From Gordius albopunctatus (Eukaryota): a stretch of 64,000 nt of DNA. Below the pieces are notes generated by a model, which did not search any database, was not told the origin of the DNA, and saw only the letters and a list, made by a program, of their open reading frames with translations. Position numbers and translations under genes: made by a program. The DNA lies in assembly GCA_964276515.1 (NCBI GenBank), contig OZ193910.1:3100001-3164000 (forward strand), in the 5' to 3' direction. Below are positions 38,099 to 49,500 of this stretch, piece by piece (the stretch's first letter is position 1; every line of letters begins with the position of its first letter).

Positions 38099-41000
38099 CC
38101 ACAACTCTCCGAGTGAAGGCCCGATGATAGTTGTAGAGGCTACGAATTTAATTAAAAAACCTCGCTTATACTTTATCATCGCCTGACTTATTCAAATTAT
38201 TATTCACGCACCCTAATAATAGCTCCTCGCTTATACTTTATCATCGCCTGACTTATTCAAATTATTATTCACGCACCCTAATCATAAAAGTGAATACATT
38301 TAAGTATTTGAATGTCTCGCAATTCACCTTATTATACACACAAATAACCTCGCAGAGATGTGTATATAAACGCGATGTTATTAAATAAAAGTATTCATTC
38401 ATTTTTCCATGATCTTTTAACTTAACAGCACTTTAAACTTAACAATTTAAGCGATGAAAAAAAATCTAGTCAAATTTATTATGGCCCAAAATTGTTTATA
38501 AGTGAATTTTTCTTTTTTCAAGGAAAATTAATTTGATAAAATTTTGGGCATGCCTGAAATGCCCGAATCTTATCAGCGTGCCCGCCCGGGCCCGCCCGAA
38601 AATTAAAATTTGAGTCAGTTGCCCGGCCCGTGGGCCGGTCATTTCTGGTCTCTGATATACATATATAAACGACGCAGCTCAATACATTTGTATCCATAGC
38701 ATTATTAAATACTACAAAACTTTAGGCTTAGAATCAGTTCTGATGGAATAGTAAATATTACTAAAGCATATTTGAATTTCGCAGTTACTCATCCTGCATA
38801 ATGCGGTAATTATAAATTGGTGGTCAATCAGTTTGAATAATTAAACAAGTTAAGTTAAGGTGGCTCAAGATTTTTGAGCACCCGCCTAACGATTTCAAAA
38901 GTACAATAGAATATTTAATTATACCGTAATAGATTAAATCCAAATCATACGTTTTCTAGAAGTTTTTATGTTCAATCAATAGTATACCTCCCAATTTTTT
39001 TAATTTTTATAAGACATTATGTGAATACATAGTTTTGTCATCATATGCATTACTTTTTACATTATAAGCTGGTTGGCAGGTGCATTTAAATTTACTATAT
39101 TTCCATTATTATGTAATAGAAAATGAATGCACGAACCTATAATGTATTCGATAAATAACTATTTAATGGCAAAGTTAGTTAAAATTGTAAGTATTTAGAA
39201 TATAAATTTGATTATAATGATTTTTGTCATAAATTTAAATACGTGCACTTTATTTAAAGAAAGTTTAAACCCTTATGTTTTTAATCCTATAATAATGCTG
39301 CTTTTATTGTTGTTTTTACAAATTCTGTAATAATAAAATTATCATTAAAAGTCACTCGCACTTTGTGGTTTATAACGCTATAGTAAACATGCACTAAACA
39401 CTATGGGCTATAATTTATGAAGGTAATATCAATGGAGTTAAACGTTTGCCTTGAATATGTTAAGGTTAACTTTGAAGTTCACGGATTATGCAACTAAGTC
39501 AACTATAAGCGAACATTTTATTTTCTAAGTCTATTTATATTTACAAACACAGTGAATTTGATACAAATGTTATAATTTGCTAGAACAATAAAATTCAATT
39601 TTTTATATTTCAACTTTATTTATAGTTATTTTAGCCTGCACTTTCCATAGAAAATGTTATCTTTATGAATTAATTCATATCTTTATATCGTCAATGAGAT
39701 GTCGTGTCCCGCTAAATCATTAAAAAGTTTGTGTATTAAAGTTTTTCACAAAATATAAAAATTTGTTATTTGTATTTTTTAACATTTATTAGATATTTTT
39801 AATAAAACAGAGAAATTTTTATTCCATATATATTTTTTTAAAAGTCGAGACGAGATCGAGATTTCTCTAGACCGAGATCGAGATTTTCATAATCGCTCCC
39901 GAGACGAGACGAGATTTTGTTTTCGAGACCGAGACGAGATCGAAACACTAACCGTGAATTAAATAATAAAATAACCTTAATTTTTATGCCATCTAGGGCA
40001 ATTCTTAAATAAGATACTAGTTTGACTAAATTATCCCTATCTCTTTTAGAATGTGACTATTAAATAATATCAGACAAATATGTAATTAATTAAATGGGTT
40101 TACAAAATATAACGTTTTCGCTCTTATTGAAGCTCATTAGTATGCCATAGTTAGTTTGACAGTCACTTTGTATTCGAGATAGGTATATATAAGGCCATAT
40201 TAGATTAAATTCACGTTTATGATGGTTAAGGATAAAACTCTATAACCCACCATAATTATGGATTAAATTATATTTGTTTTAATATATTGTTTAAATAAAG
40301 ATTTAAAAACTACTCCGGTTGGGGTTTATGTAAAAAGGGCCCGATTTACGACGGTTGGTAACCGTGAATCAAATAATCTTCTTTCTATGACTTCTTGTCA
40401 TCTAGGGTGGTGGTCAGTCCTTTCAGCATTCGTTTCTATGTTTACATAGATCTTTCTTTATATTGTGGACTGTCATATCATGCCGTATTTTATGAATCCA
40501 GGTAGGCTTGGGTCTTCCTCTCCTTCGTTTTCCTGCGAAATATATCATCTCGATTTTCTTTCCAATGTAGCTATCGTCCCTTCTTTCGACATGGCCCTAC
40601 CATCTTAGTCTATTTGTTAGGAACTTTGTCATAATAGATGTAGTACCCAGAATTCTTTTTATTTCTTCATTTCGCCTATGCTCCTTTTAGCTTACTCCTA
40701 GCACCCATCTTAGCATTCTCATCTCCATGGCAGCAAGAAGTTGCTCTTCTCTTTTACGTATAACCCATGATTCCGAGCTAAACAGGACTGTTGGCTGTAT
40801 GATGGATTTATACAGTTCGCCTTTTAGTCTTCTCGGGATGTTTTTGTCACACAGAACATCTGTCAAGTCCCTCCACTTGACACATCCGGAATTTATCCTT
40901 ATTTGGATTTCTTTATCCATTCCACCATCCGATTGAAGTGTTGATCCTAAATATTTGAAGGAATCCACGCTTGTAAGTTGCCAATCGCCTAAAGTAAGTG

Positions 41001-42204
41001 ATGCACTTTGTTGGTTTTCATCCGATTTAAACTTTGTCTTCATGTATTATGTTTTCTTTCGATTTACCTTGACACTTTCTTCTATTGCATTTACCCATCT
41101 ATTTACAGTATTAGCTAATTCTTGTTCACTTTTGGCACAGAGGATTATATCGTCCGCAAGGATCATAGCCCAAGGAGCTTCCTCGCCCAAATCCTTGGTA
41201 ATATTATCCATTATAATTATGAATAGGAAGGGACTAAGAGCTGAACCTTGATGGACTCCAGTGTTAATGGCAAAGCCCTTTGTAGTCCCCACCGATGTTC
41301 TAACGTATTCTATTTCCCTTGTACATATCTTTTATTGCTCTGACGTATACTTCTGGCACATTGTTTTCTTCAAGACATTTCCAAACTAAATTACGAGGAA
41401 CTTTATCGGACGCCTTTTCAAGATCGATGAAACACATGTGCAAATCCTCTTCCCTTTCTTTAAACCGTTCCATTAATCTTCTAACACTGTTTAGGGCGTC
41501 TGCTGTAGACCTCTCCGGCATAAATCCGAATTGGTTATCTCGAATTTGAACCAAAATCCGAAGCCGTTTTTCGATCCCTATTTCCGACACCTTGAAAGTG
41601 TGACTCATAAGCTTTATCCCTCTGTAATTTTTGCAATCCTGAATGTCCCCTTTCATCTTGTATATCGGGATCATGTAGCTATCCCTCCACTCGTTAGGCA
41701 TTTTACCCGTTTTCAAGATATTGTTGAAAAGGTTGGCGAGGAATTGTGCACCAGTATTGCCTAACGCTTTGAAGCCCTCTATTGGTAAATTGTCGGGTCC
41801 AAGAGATTTTCCTGACTTTAGTTTACCCATAGCAACTTTGACTTCCGTTTCCGTGATCCAGTCCGCTGTGTTTAATTCTCCTATTGTGTTTTCCTGGTTA
41901 TTGTCTTCGACTACAGGCCCCTTTTCAATTGATAAATGGCTATAATAGTCGCAGCATCTTTGTAGTATATGGCTGTCGTGTGTTAGTATTTCTCCCTTTT
42001 AACCCTTAATTAGCCGGTATTCTAGGTAATCTTTAGAATTTCGGGCCCTTGACTTTGAGATTTTGTAGATATATCTTTCTCCTTCCTTTGAGTTAAGTTT
42101 TACATTTATATCGTCATATACCTTGTTTTTAGCTTTCGCTACGAATTTTTAAGTCGATCTTTTAACTACTTGGTAAGCTTGCTTATCATTACTATCCTTG
42201 CTTT

Positions 42205-44681
42205 TAGAGGTGGGCGCGGGCCGTGAAATTACGCGTGACCCATCGTGTCACGGTGGGTCACGGCGTGAATGTGAAGAAATTTTAAATTAGTAGGCGTGAC
42301 TGGGCGTGACGGGCCTTTCCAAAATTTTTCATAAATCACGGAGGCGTGAACACAAATTTCCATAAATCACGGAGATTTTAATTTTTAAAATTGTTTTTTA
42401 TTAATATAAATTTGCAGATTTATAATTTTAAAAAATATATATATTATTTATTATTTTGTGGGACATTAAATTCGGCGAGATTGTTTTCGGCAAGTTGACG
42501 GGACACCTACAACAACCAATGAAAAATAATAAATCAGTGGAAATATGGTAATACATAAATATATGTTTTATTTTCATTTATCTTTATTATTTATAGTAAT
42601 CATACACAAAGCAGTGGTGAAGGAGATAATAATGAAATAATTGAGATGGACATGATTTCAAAATCAGAGATGTTAATTAAAATAAGAAAGAAAGACATTG
42701 ATATTGAATTTAAAGCTCCAGAAAACAGAAAAAGCAAGATATGGGATAACTTCTTAACAATTTATTATAAAGGTACCTTACAAAATTTTGTAAAATGTAC
42801 AAGTTGCCAAAACGTGATGTCATATAAATGTAAAACAGGAACTGCTAGTTTATTAAGACATAAATGTGTCATAAAAAATACAACAAAACATTCTGAGTCA
42901 ATATATAACTTGTTTAAAAGACAAATATCAGATAAATCAAAAGCAGTTTTACAAAAAAATCAGTTATATTTTATATGTAAAGATCTACGACCTTTAAATG
43001 CTACAGAAAGTGAAGGATTTTATAAGCTTGGCCAAGAGTTAATTAATGTTGGTGTTACATATGGACAACAAAATATAAAAGATATACTTGTTAGTAGAAA
43101 AACTCTTATGAATACAGTAGCTCCAAAAATATATGAAGAAATTAAAATTAAGATAAAAAGCTTGATCAAAAACAATTACTTGTCCATTACCACCAACTTT
43201 TGGACAGATGAGTATAAAAATCGTAGTTTTTTAACTATTACTGGGCATGTTATCAATAAGGATTTGGAATTAAAATCATTTGTTTTGGCTACAAGGGTAA
43301 TGGATGAAAAAAAACAGGAGCCAATATCAAAATTATAATAAATTCAATTTTGGAAGAATACACAGACATAGAAAATTATTTAAGTAAATGTATAGTGGTA
43401 ACTGATAACGGGGCAAACCTAATATGTGCATTTAGAGATGATGAAAGGCTACCCTGCATATGCCATATATTAAACAACATTATGCATTACATTTTTGATA
43501 ATTGTTTACATGAAATAACTGAAAATATAAATGGTGTGAAAAAAATAGTACAGTATTTCAAGCAATCAACAGCTAACAGCAAACTAGGCTATACTCTTAA
43601 ACAAGATGTGACAACTAGATGGAACTCTGTATATATCATGATACAGAGTTTCTTAAAATCATATTCCGAAATTCAGGTGTACTTGCTTAGCAAGCAAGAA
43701 TTAAATCGACTAGCGACTATTGATATTACCATCTTACGGCAGTTAGAATTTTTTTTATCAATATTTAAAGAATGCTCGGAAAATTTGAGTGCCGATTCTC
43801 ATCCCACAATAAATGAAGTTTATCTGTGGCGACAAAAATTATTAAAGCTTTGTCAACCCTCTGAAGGGGATACAACAATAATAGAAACCTTAAAAATCAG
43901 AACTGGATGTCTTTTAAAAGAAAGATTCATCATGCAGCCCCTACATAAAGTAGGCTTAATTTTGGATCCCAATTTCAAAAGCCTTAAGTTTTTATCAGAA
44001 GGAGAAAAAAACGATATATATAAAACTACCATAAAAATGCTAAATGTCATAAAATATGATATGAATGAGTTGCCAACACCAACTATTAGCTGTCAAAATT
44101 CGTCCTACACTCACAAGAAACCTAATATTCTAAATGAAACATTTAGAGAATTTCTAGATGATACTGATGAACCCTCACCATCTATTGAAGAAAGCTGCGA
44201 GGATGAACTTAAAAGATTCATCGCTCAAAGGACAAATAATAATGATAGTATTTTGAAGTTTTGGAAGCATGAAAATTCGTTTCCTTTTTTGAAAAAATTA
44301 GCGAGTAAAATTTTATCGGCCCCTGCAAGTTCGGCATCTAGTGAAAGATTGTTCTCTGTAGCCAATCGCTTGTTGGAGGAAAGGCGTACTCAATTAAAAT
44401 CAAAAAACATGGATATTATTCTTTTTTTAAATAAAAATTTCGATTTATAAATTGTAATTATTTTTTGTTATGGAATTATAGAAATAAATAGAATAAATTC
44501 AAAAAAGTGTATAATTATAGGTTACCATTACCAATTTTGAAAAATTTAAAAACACCGTGAATTTTCGGGCGTGACGTGCGTGAATCAAAATATTGCCTTT
44601 CGTGAGTGGGCGTGAATTTTTTTTAATACCACCGTGAGTGGGCGGGCCGTGAATAAAAAATTAGGCCCGCGCCCACCTCTA
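42205..44681 (+). mobile_element. Full-length hAT (Hermes/hobo-like) DNA transposon, 2477 bp
   Basis: Perfect 18-bp TIRs TAGAGGTGGGCGCGGGCC, 8-bp TSD CTTGCTTT, CGTGA subterminal repeats. Confidence 0.97.
42519..44450 (+). pseudogene. hAT transposase (BED finger, DDE, dimerisation domain) with a predicted 49-nt intron (42548-42596), a frameshift at ~43310 and first catalytic D->N
   Basis: SKIWDNF..CTSC..LLRHKC; SITTNFWTD; VTDNGAN; CICH; TRWNS; PASSASSERLFS. Confidence 0.9.
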
Positions 44682-45764
44682 CTTGCTTTTATAACAAACT
44701 TTGTACACTCTCTTCTTTTCCTAGATACATTTTTGCATTTCTTCATTCCATCACCACGTCTCTATGAGAATTCTTTAAGTGGGCTTGCTTTCACCTAGTA
44801 TTTGTCGTCCCGCTTTTTGCATTGTGGCAGCTATACCATTCCATTGATTCTCACATGAAGTATTTTCCTTAAATTCAGCATGTTTAATTACTTGTTCCTT
44901 GAAATGTTGAATATTATCCTTTAGTTTCCTCCATTGTATAGTAGCGGCTACTCTTTGTACCTTTTGCCCTTTAAGGCCCTTTAATATAAAGTCCATCACG
45001 AACAGCTTGTGTTGGCAGACCAATATTTCACTCGGTATTACCTTAACATTTTTAACATACTTTAAGTGCACTCTGTTGACTAGAAAGAAATCTATCTGAG
45101 TGGTACGGCTGCCGCTTTTGTACGTTATAAGATGTTCCTGTCTCTTTTTGAACAAGGTATTTCCTATTGCTAGGTCAAAAGCTTGAGCAATTTCTAGAAT
45201 TTCCGTACCTCCTTCATTTCTTAGGCCGTAACCCCGACCACCGTGATTTCTTTCAAAACCTCCCCTTGATTTGCCCACGTGTTCATTGAGGTCCGCTCCG
45301 ATAATTATTATTTCCTCTTTACCGAATTGGTTTTTAGAACATCTTCAAATCCAAAAACTTGTTAAAATTTTATTATCATTGTCCACCCCCCTCTAATTCC
45401 ATACCTGGTTACGCTCATGGCCGGGCCTGAAGGGCATTGATAAAGTACTGATAGGCTCGGGCAAACTTGAAAGTTCTCCAAACGGGTGCGAATGGGCATG
45501 AAGTGTGTAAAATATACGGAAGGGCTCGGGCGGGCTTTAAAGTTTTCAAAACGGGTACGGACGGCCGACCCCCTAAAACGGCAAGTTGCAGATCTTTAAT
45601 TTGCAACAATTTGATGACGCACTTCTGTGACAAAATGGGTGTTTAAATCTTCTACCTTATCTTGATTGAGTCCTTTACAGGTATAATTTAAGAGACATTA
45701 CTAACGATTAATAATAAAATTCATTGTTAATTTATAACTAACAAAATTAGGCAATTCGTTGATA

Positions 45765-45930
45765 TGTCTCAGTAGTATGTCCCGAGAGCAGCCAATTTCT
45801 CAAACAAATATCAAAATATATTACTTCTTCATTACACCACACGATCCCAAAGAATTATTTACATCAAGTAGAAAATCACCATGGAAATTATAAAATCCAA
45901 TACAATTTTAATCCATGGCTCTATACCTAC
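45765..45930 (+). mobile_element. Short decayed 3' fragment of a CRE-like LINE
   Basis: Nucleotide similarity to 56310-56460 (GTCCCGAG..CAGCCAATT..CACACGATCCCAAAGAATT..ATCCATGGCTC). Confidence 0.75.
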
Positions 45931-46586
45931 TTATTAATTTAATATATTTTTTCCATGCATACGCAATTATTTGGAAATAAACCTCTATTGCACTTTAAAA
46001 AAATTCGTTGGTACACCCCATCATTTAAAACTAAACTAATCTCCCAATTACTCATATTTTAATTTCAGTGATTTTAATATTATAAACAATATTTAAAAGC
46101 TACTATAAAAGAGTAATAAATAATTCAACCGAAGTTCATGAATACCTGGATTTCGAATATAATATTTTTAATATTCAATTTGAATTGGAAAATTTTATCT
46201 AAAATAATATACGATTTTAAAAAATTTTTAAGATTCGATTCAAATAATTTTCAAGTGTCTTTAATTCCTAAATATCGCATTAAATAAATAATACATTTCG
46301 ATAAATTTATTCATAAAATACAAAAATATCAAAGTCGAAAAGAATAAAATATCGATATCTATGAAACAATGAAGAATTGTTTTTAAGTCAATTTTTGTTA
46401 TAAAAAATCTTTCACAATGATTGCAGGTAGCATAATTCGATGATTTTTTATGGCCCTAAACCATTAACTTATTTTTCTTGTTCAGTATCAAAATTATCTA
46501 AATTTAACATAGTCTTTAATTAATAATTTCGTCTAGATGGCACTAAAGTTAATTATTGTCTCAGGTGCCATTAGGAGAGTCTCGAT

Positions 46587-49500
46587 TAGAGGTCTGCATG
46601 GGCCGGGCCTAAAATACAGCAATAAAAAGAGTGCGGCCGGACTTGGGCTTTGATAGGTGAAAAAAATTGAATTTATTTAACTTTATACTATAATTATAAT
46701 ATAGAAATAAAAAATGCACTTATTAGCTAGATGATAAAAAAATTTATTTTTCCGAAAAAATAATCTGGTGGAACTCAAAAATCATCATGTTAAAAAGTTT
46801 GCATGAGATGTATGATGCAATAATCAATTTTTTATCTAGCAAAGTTTTAATGGAAAAACTTGAAAGCATTTCCTTAAAAAATATCATATTAATAGAATTT
46901 CACCTTATGAAAAGGCAAGCATCGAGTTAGAAGCGGATTAGACACCAACATTTTATAAAGTATTACCCTTTTATACATCATTAAATAACATCCCAAATTT
47001 GTTTCCATCTTTTACCTGTAATTATGATCCTGTTGACTTAGAGATCTAGAAGTTGAAATCAAGAGCCAAAACTATGCTAATTTCAAAGTTTAATATCGGT
47101 ATTTATCATAAAAACTCGGGGCTTCGGCCCTCGTGGGAACGGAAGGGGGAACGGAAGGGGGAAGAGAAGGGGGAACTCTTCTATACTCCGTATAAAAGTA
47201 GCATATTTGCTATGCAATTTATGGGCGAGAAAGGTGGGAAGGGGCGAGATTGCCTATAGGGGGGTATTAAATGCAAAATAATTGGACTGACGGACATAGG
47301 GTAAATATCAATGTTAACTAATTCCGAAGCGAAAAAAAGATTAAAATTTCGAATCACAATATAGCTAATGGTCATTTTTCCCATTGGTCAGTAGCCAGGA
47401 CACGGTTAAAAGTCGTATTATCAAGGGTATTAACAAGAACAATATATTAATTTAATTAAAAAAAATTTTTTTTGCCCTCGCCGGGATTCGAACCCACATC
47501 AGTAGAGGCATAAGCTTTTGTAGGGGCACAGGGACCCATATCAGTAGAGGCATAGGCACTTGTAGGGGAGGGCACAGGGTAATTATCAATTCAAAAACCA
47601 GCAAGTTAGAACGTTGGAGGACGAACGGAAGCGAGCGTTTTATGGATTTTACTATTATTGCCAATAAATGCGTTATTCACTCAAATTTGGTGCATTTTGT
47701 TCTTAAATAATTCTCTATCGAAATAATTTAATTAAAAACCTCAAACATTTGCGGTCATTTTTTGTGGTCAAATCTCGATTAAGATTTCTACTAAAAATCT
47801 TCGTAGGACTATCTACTGCCATAATAATTCCTTTAACAACTGGTATAAAAAAACAAATATTAGCAAGTTGTTAATATTTACTAAAAACAATCGGATATTG
47901 ACAAGAGCATGTAAAAAATGAATAACTTACCGACCAGTTCATCTTTCTCAATCCTTACTAATTCGTTTATTGGTACAAAATAATTAATTTCCAAGGTCCT
48001 ATTATCCTCAAACATTTTTATTCCATTGGTTGCTTCGTGTTCAGGCACCTTTGGCAAACAGGCCTTAGCCTTTTTTAAAGAGGGAGGAAGACGTTCTCCC
48101 CCGTCTAAATATTCTGTATCCTTTTTACTTAAACAACGACTTGGTATTCTTATAGCCAAGTACAATTTTAAATCGTTCGCGGATTCTTGGCCAATTTTGG
48201 AAGATCCCCTCGATGATGATATATTAGAATAGTGTATTATTTTATTTGACGCATTTTGTCTTTTATATTTTATGTATTTATATTATATTACTGTCGACGG
48301 ATTTTTAACAAATAAACTTTTTAATAAAAAAAAGTAATTAAATGTAAGCTATTGGGGGAAGGTTGTATTCGAGAGTTGCATCGTAGGGTGAGTAATTAAA
48401 AATAGCGTTACGGGGCAAGGGGGAATCTGCGCCTATGTTATTTATATTGGTTTTCTATAGATTGAAATTGTAGTAAGTTTTAGCGTCAAGAGGTGACGAC
48501 TAAACCGATACCTTGCCAAATGTATCGATCGATGCTTTGCTAGTATCGGCAATTACCAAGCAGATATTTTTTGAATATGAAACTCAAAAAATAATATTTA
48601 TAGTATCTACCATTAAAAAATAGAGGACTTTTTCTATGTGGAGTATAATTTAATATATAGATAAGGACATAATAGTCGACAAAATTTGCCATTTGTAAAT
48701 ATTGCATCCTTCAATAAATATGAAATATTATTTGTGAAGATTTTTATAAATGCTTAGCACTAGTGGTTTTGAGTCGACTAAACACAAACAAATTAAAGAT
48801 TCTTTGGTCTATTTTCCTTAGTCAACCGCTAGGCGTAGGCGAAATTTGAAACTCAGACTTGAGTGTACCGTTAGTCCTAGATAAACTAAAGGTCGACCAA
48901 ACAAAGCTCAGCCGTTTTTACAACGCTATTAATTTATCTGAATTGTTATGCAAAAGGCCCCACTTTCTATACTCTTATAATTCCTCAAATTTTAAACATA
49001 ATTTTAAAAAAAAGGCATACTATCAAGGGTATTAACAAGAACAATATATTAATTTAATTTAAAAAAAAATAAAAATTTTGCCCTCTCCGGGATTCGAACC
49101 CACATTAGTAGAGGCATAGGCTTCTGTAGGGGCACAGGGACCCATATCAGTAGAGGCATAGGGTAATTATCAATGTTAACCAATTCAAAAACGAAAAAAA
49201 ATATTTAATCACAATTTGGCCAATGGTAATTTTTTTCAATTGGTCAGTACCAACAGATGATCTATAAATCAATGTTAGCCAAAAATACGAGAGAAAAAAT
49301 CACTTCACACTTTGGCCAATGGTCATTTTTTACATTGGTCAGCAGCCAGCGGATGGCCAAAAAGTCATATTATCAATGGTACGAACAATAACTATATATT
49401 TAGGGTAATTATCAATGTTAGTCAAAAAAACGAAAAAAAATTGCGATGTACACTTTGGCCAATGGTCATTTTTTCATTGTTCAGCAGCCAGCGGACGGCC

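Larger units (their letters stand above)
33842..38444 (+). mobile_element. Full-length Ty3/Gypsy LTR retrotransposon
   Basis: 313-bp LTRs (33842-34154, 38132-38444; TG...CA; one mismatch seen). TSD ATTT. PBS TGGTGACCCC (tRNA-Trp type). gag followed by PR-RT-RH-IN. Confidence 0.97.
32612..38654. mobile_element. Non-autonomous hAT-type element with GCCCG subterminal repeats, nested in the previous element
   Basis: 8-bp TSD ATATACAT at 32604-32611 and 38655-38662. CAGAG...CTCTG termini. Confidence 0.85.
32182..39950. mobile_element. Non-autonomous hAT-type element with GAGACGAG subterminal repeats, hosting nested insertions
   Basis: 8-bp TSD ACCGTGAA at 32174-32181 and 39951-39958. Imperfect TIRs TAGTTATGCG / CGAAACACTA. 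Confidence 0.85.
32140..40375 (-). mobile_element. Second copy of the hammerhead-bearing repeat (32140-32181 + 39959-40375, ~410-bp unit plus start of a tandem unit), split by a hAT insertion
   Basis: GGGCCCGATTTACGAC...AACCGTGAAT occurs at ~32150 and again at ~40337. The hammerhead-like core on the minus strand at ~40105-40147 reads CTAATGA-GCT...AGC-GAAAACGTTA. Confidence 0.7.
40380..45340 (-). mobile_element. Decayed RTE LINE (endonuclease C-terminal part to RT 3' end), split by the hAT at 42205-44681
   Basis: ORFs 44775..45278 (TQIDFFL), 41300..41830 ([23 protein letters not shown]), 41047..41292 (GVHQGSALSP, LADD) and 40687..41043 (FKYLGS). Confidence 0.93.

Noticed and set aside
47478..47500. 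GGGATTCGAACCC motifs as tRNA genes
   Set aside because: Only the T-arm/B-box is present, with no cloverleaf. They are part of repeat units.
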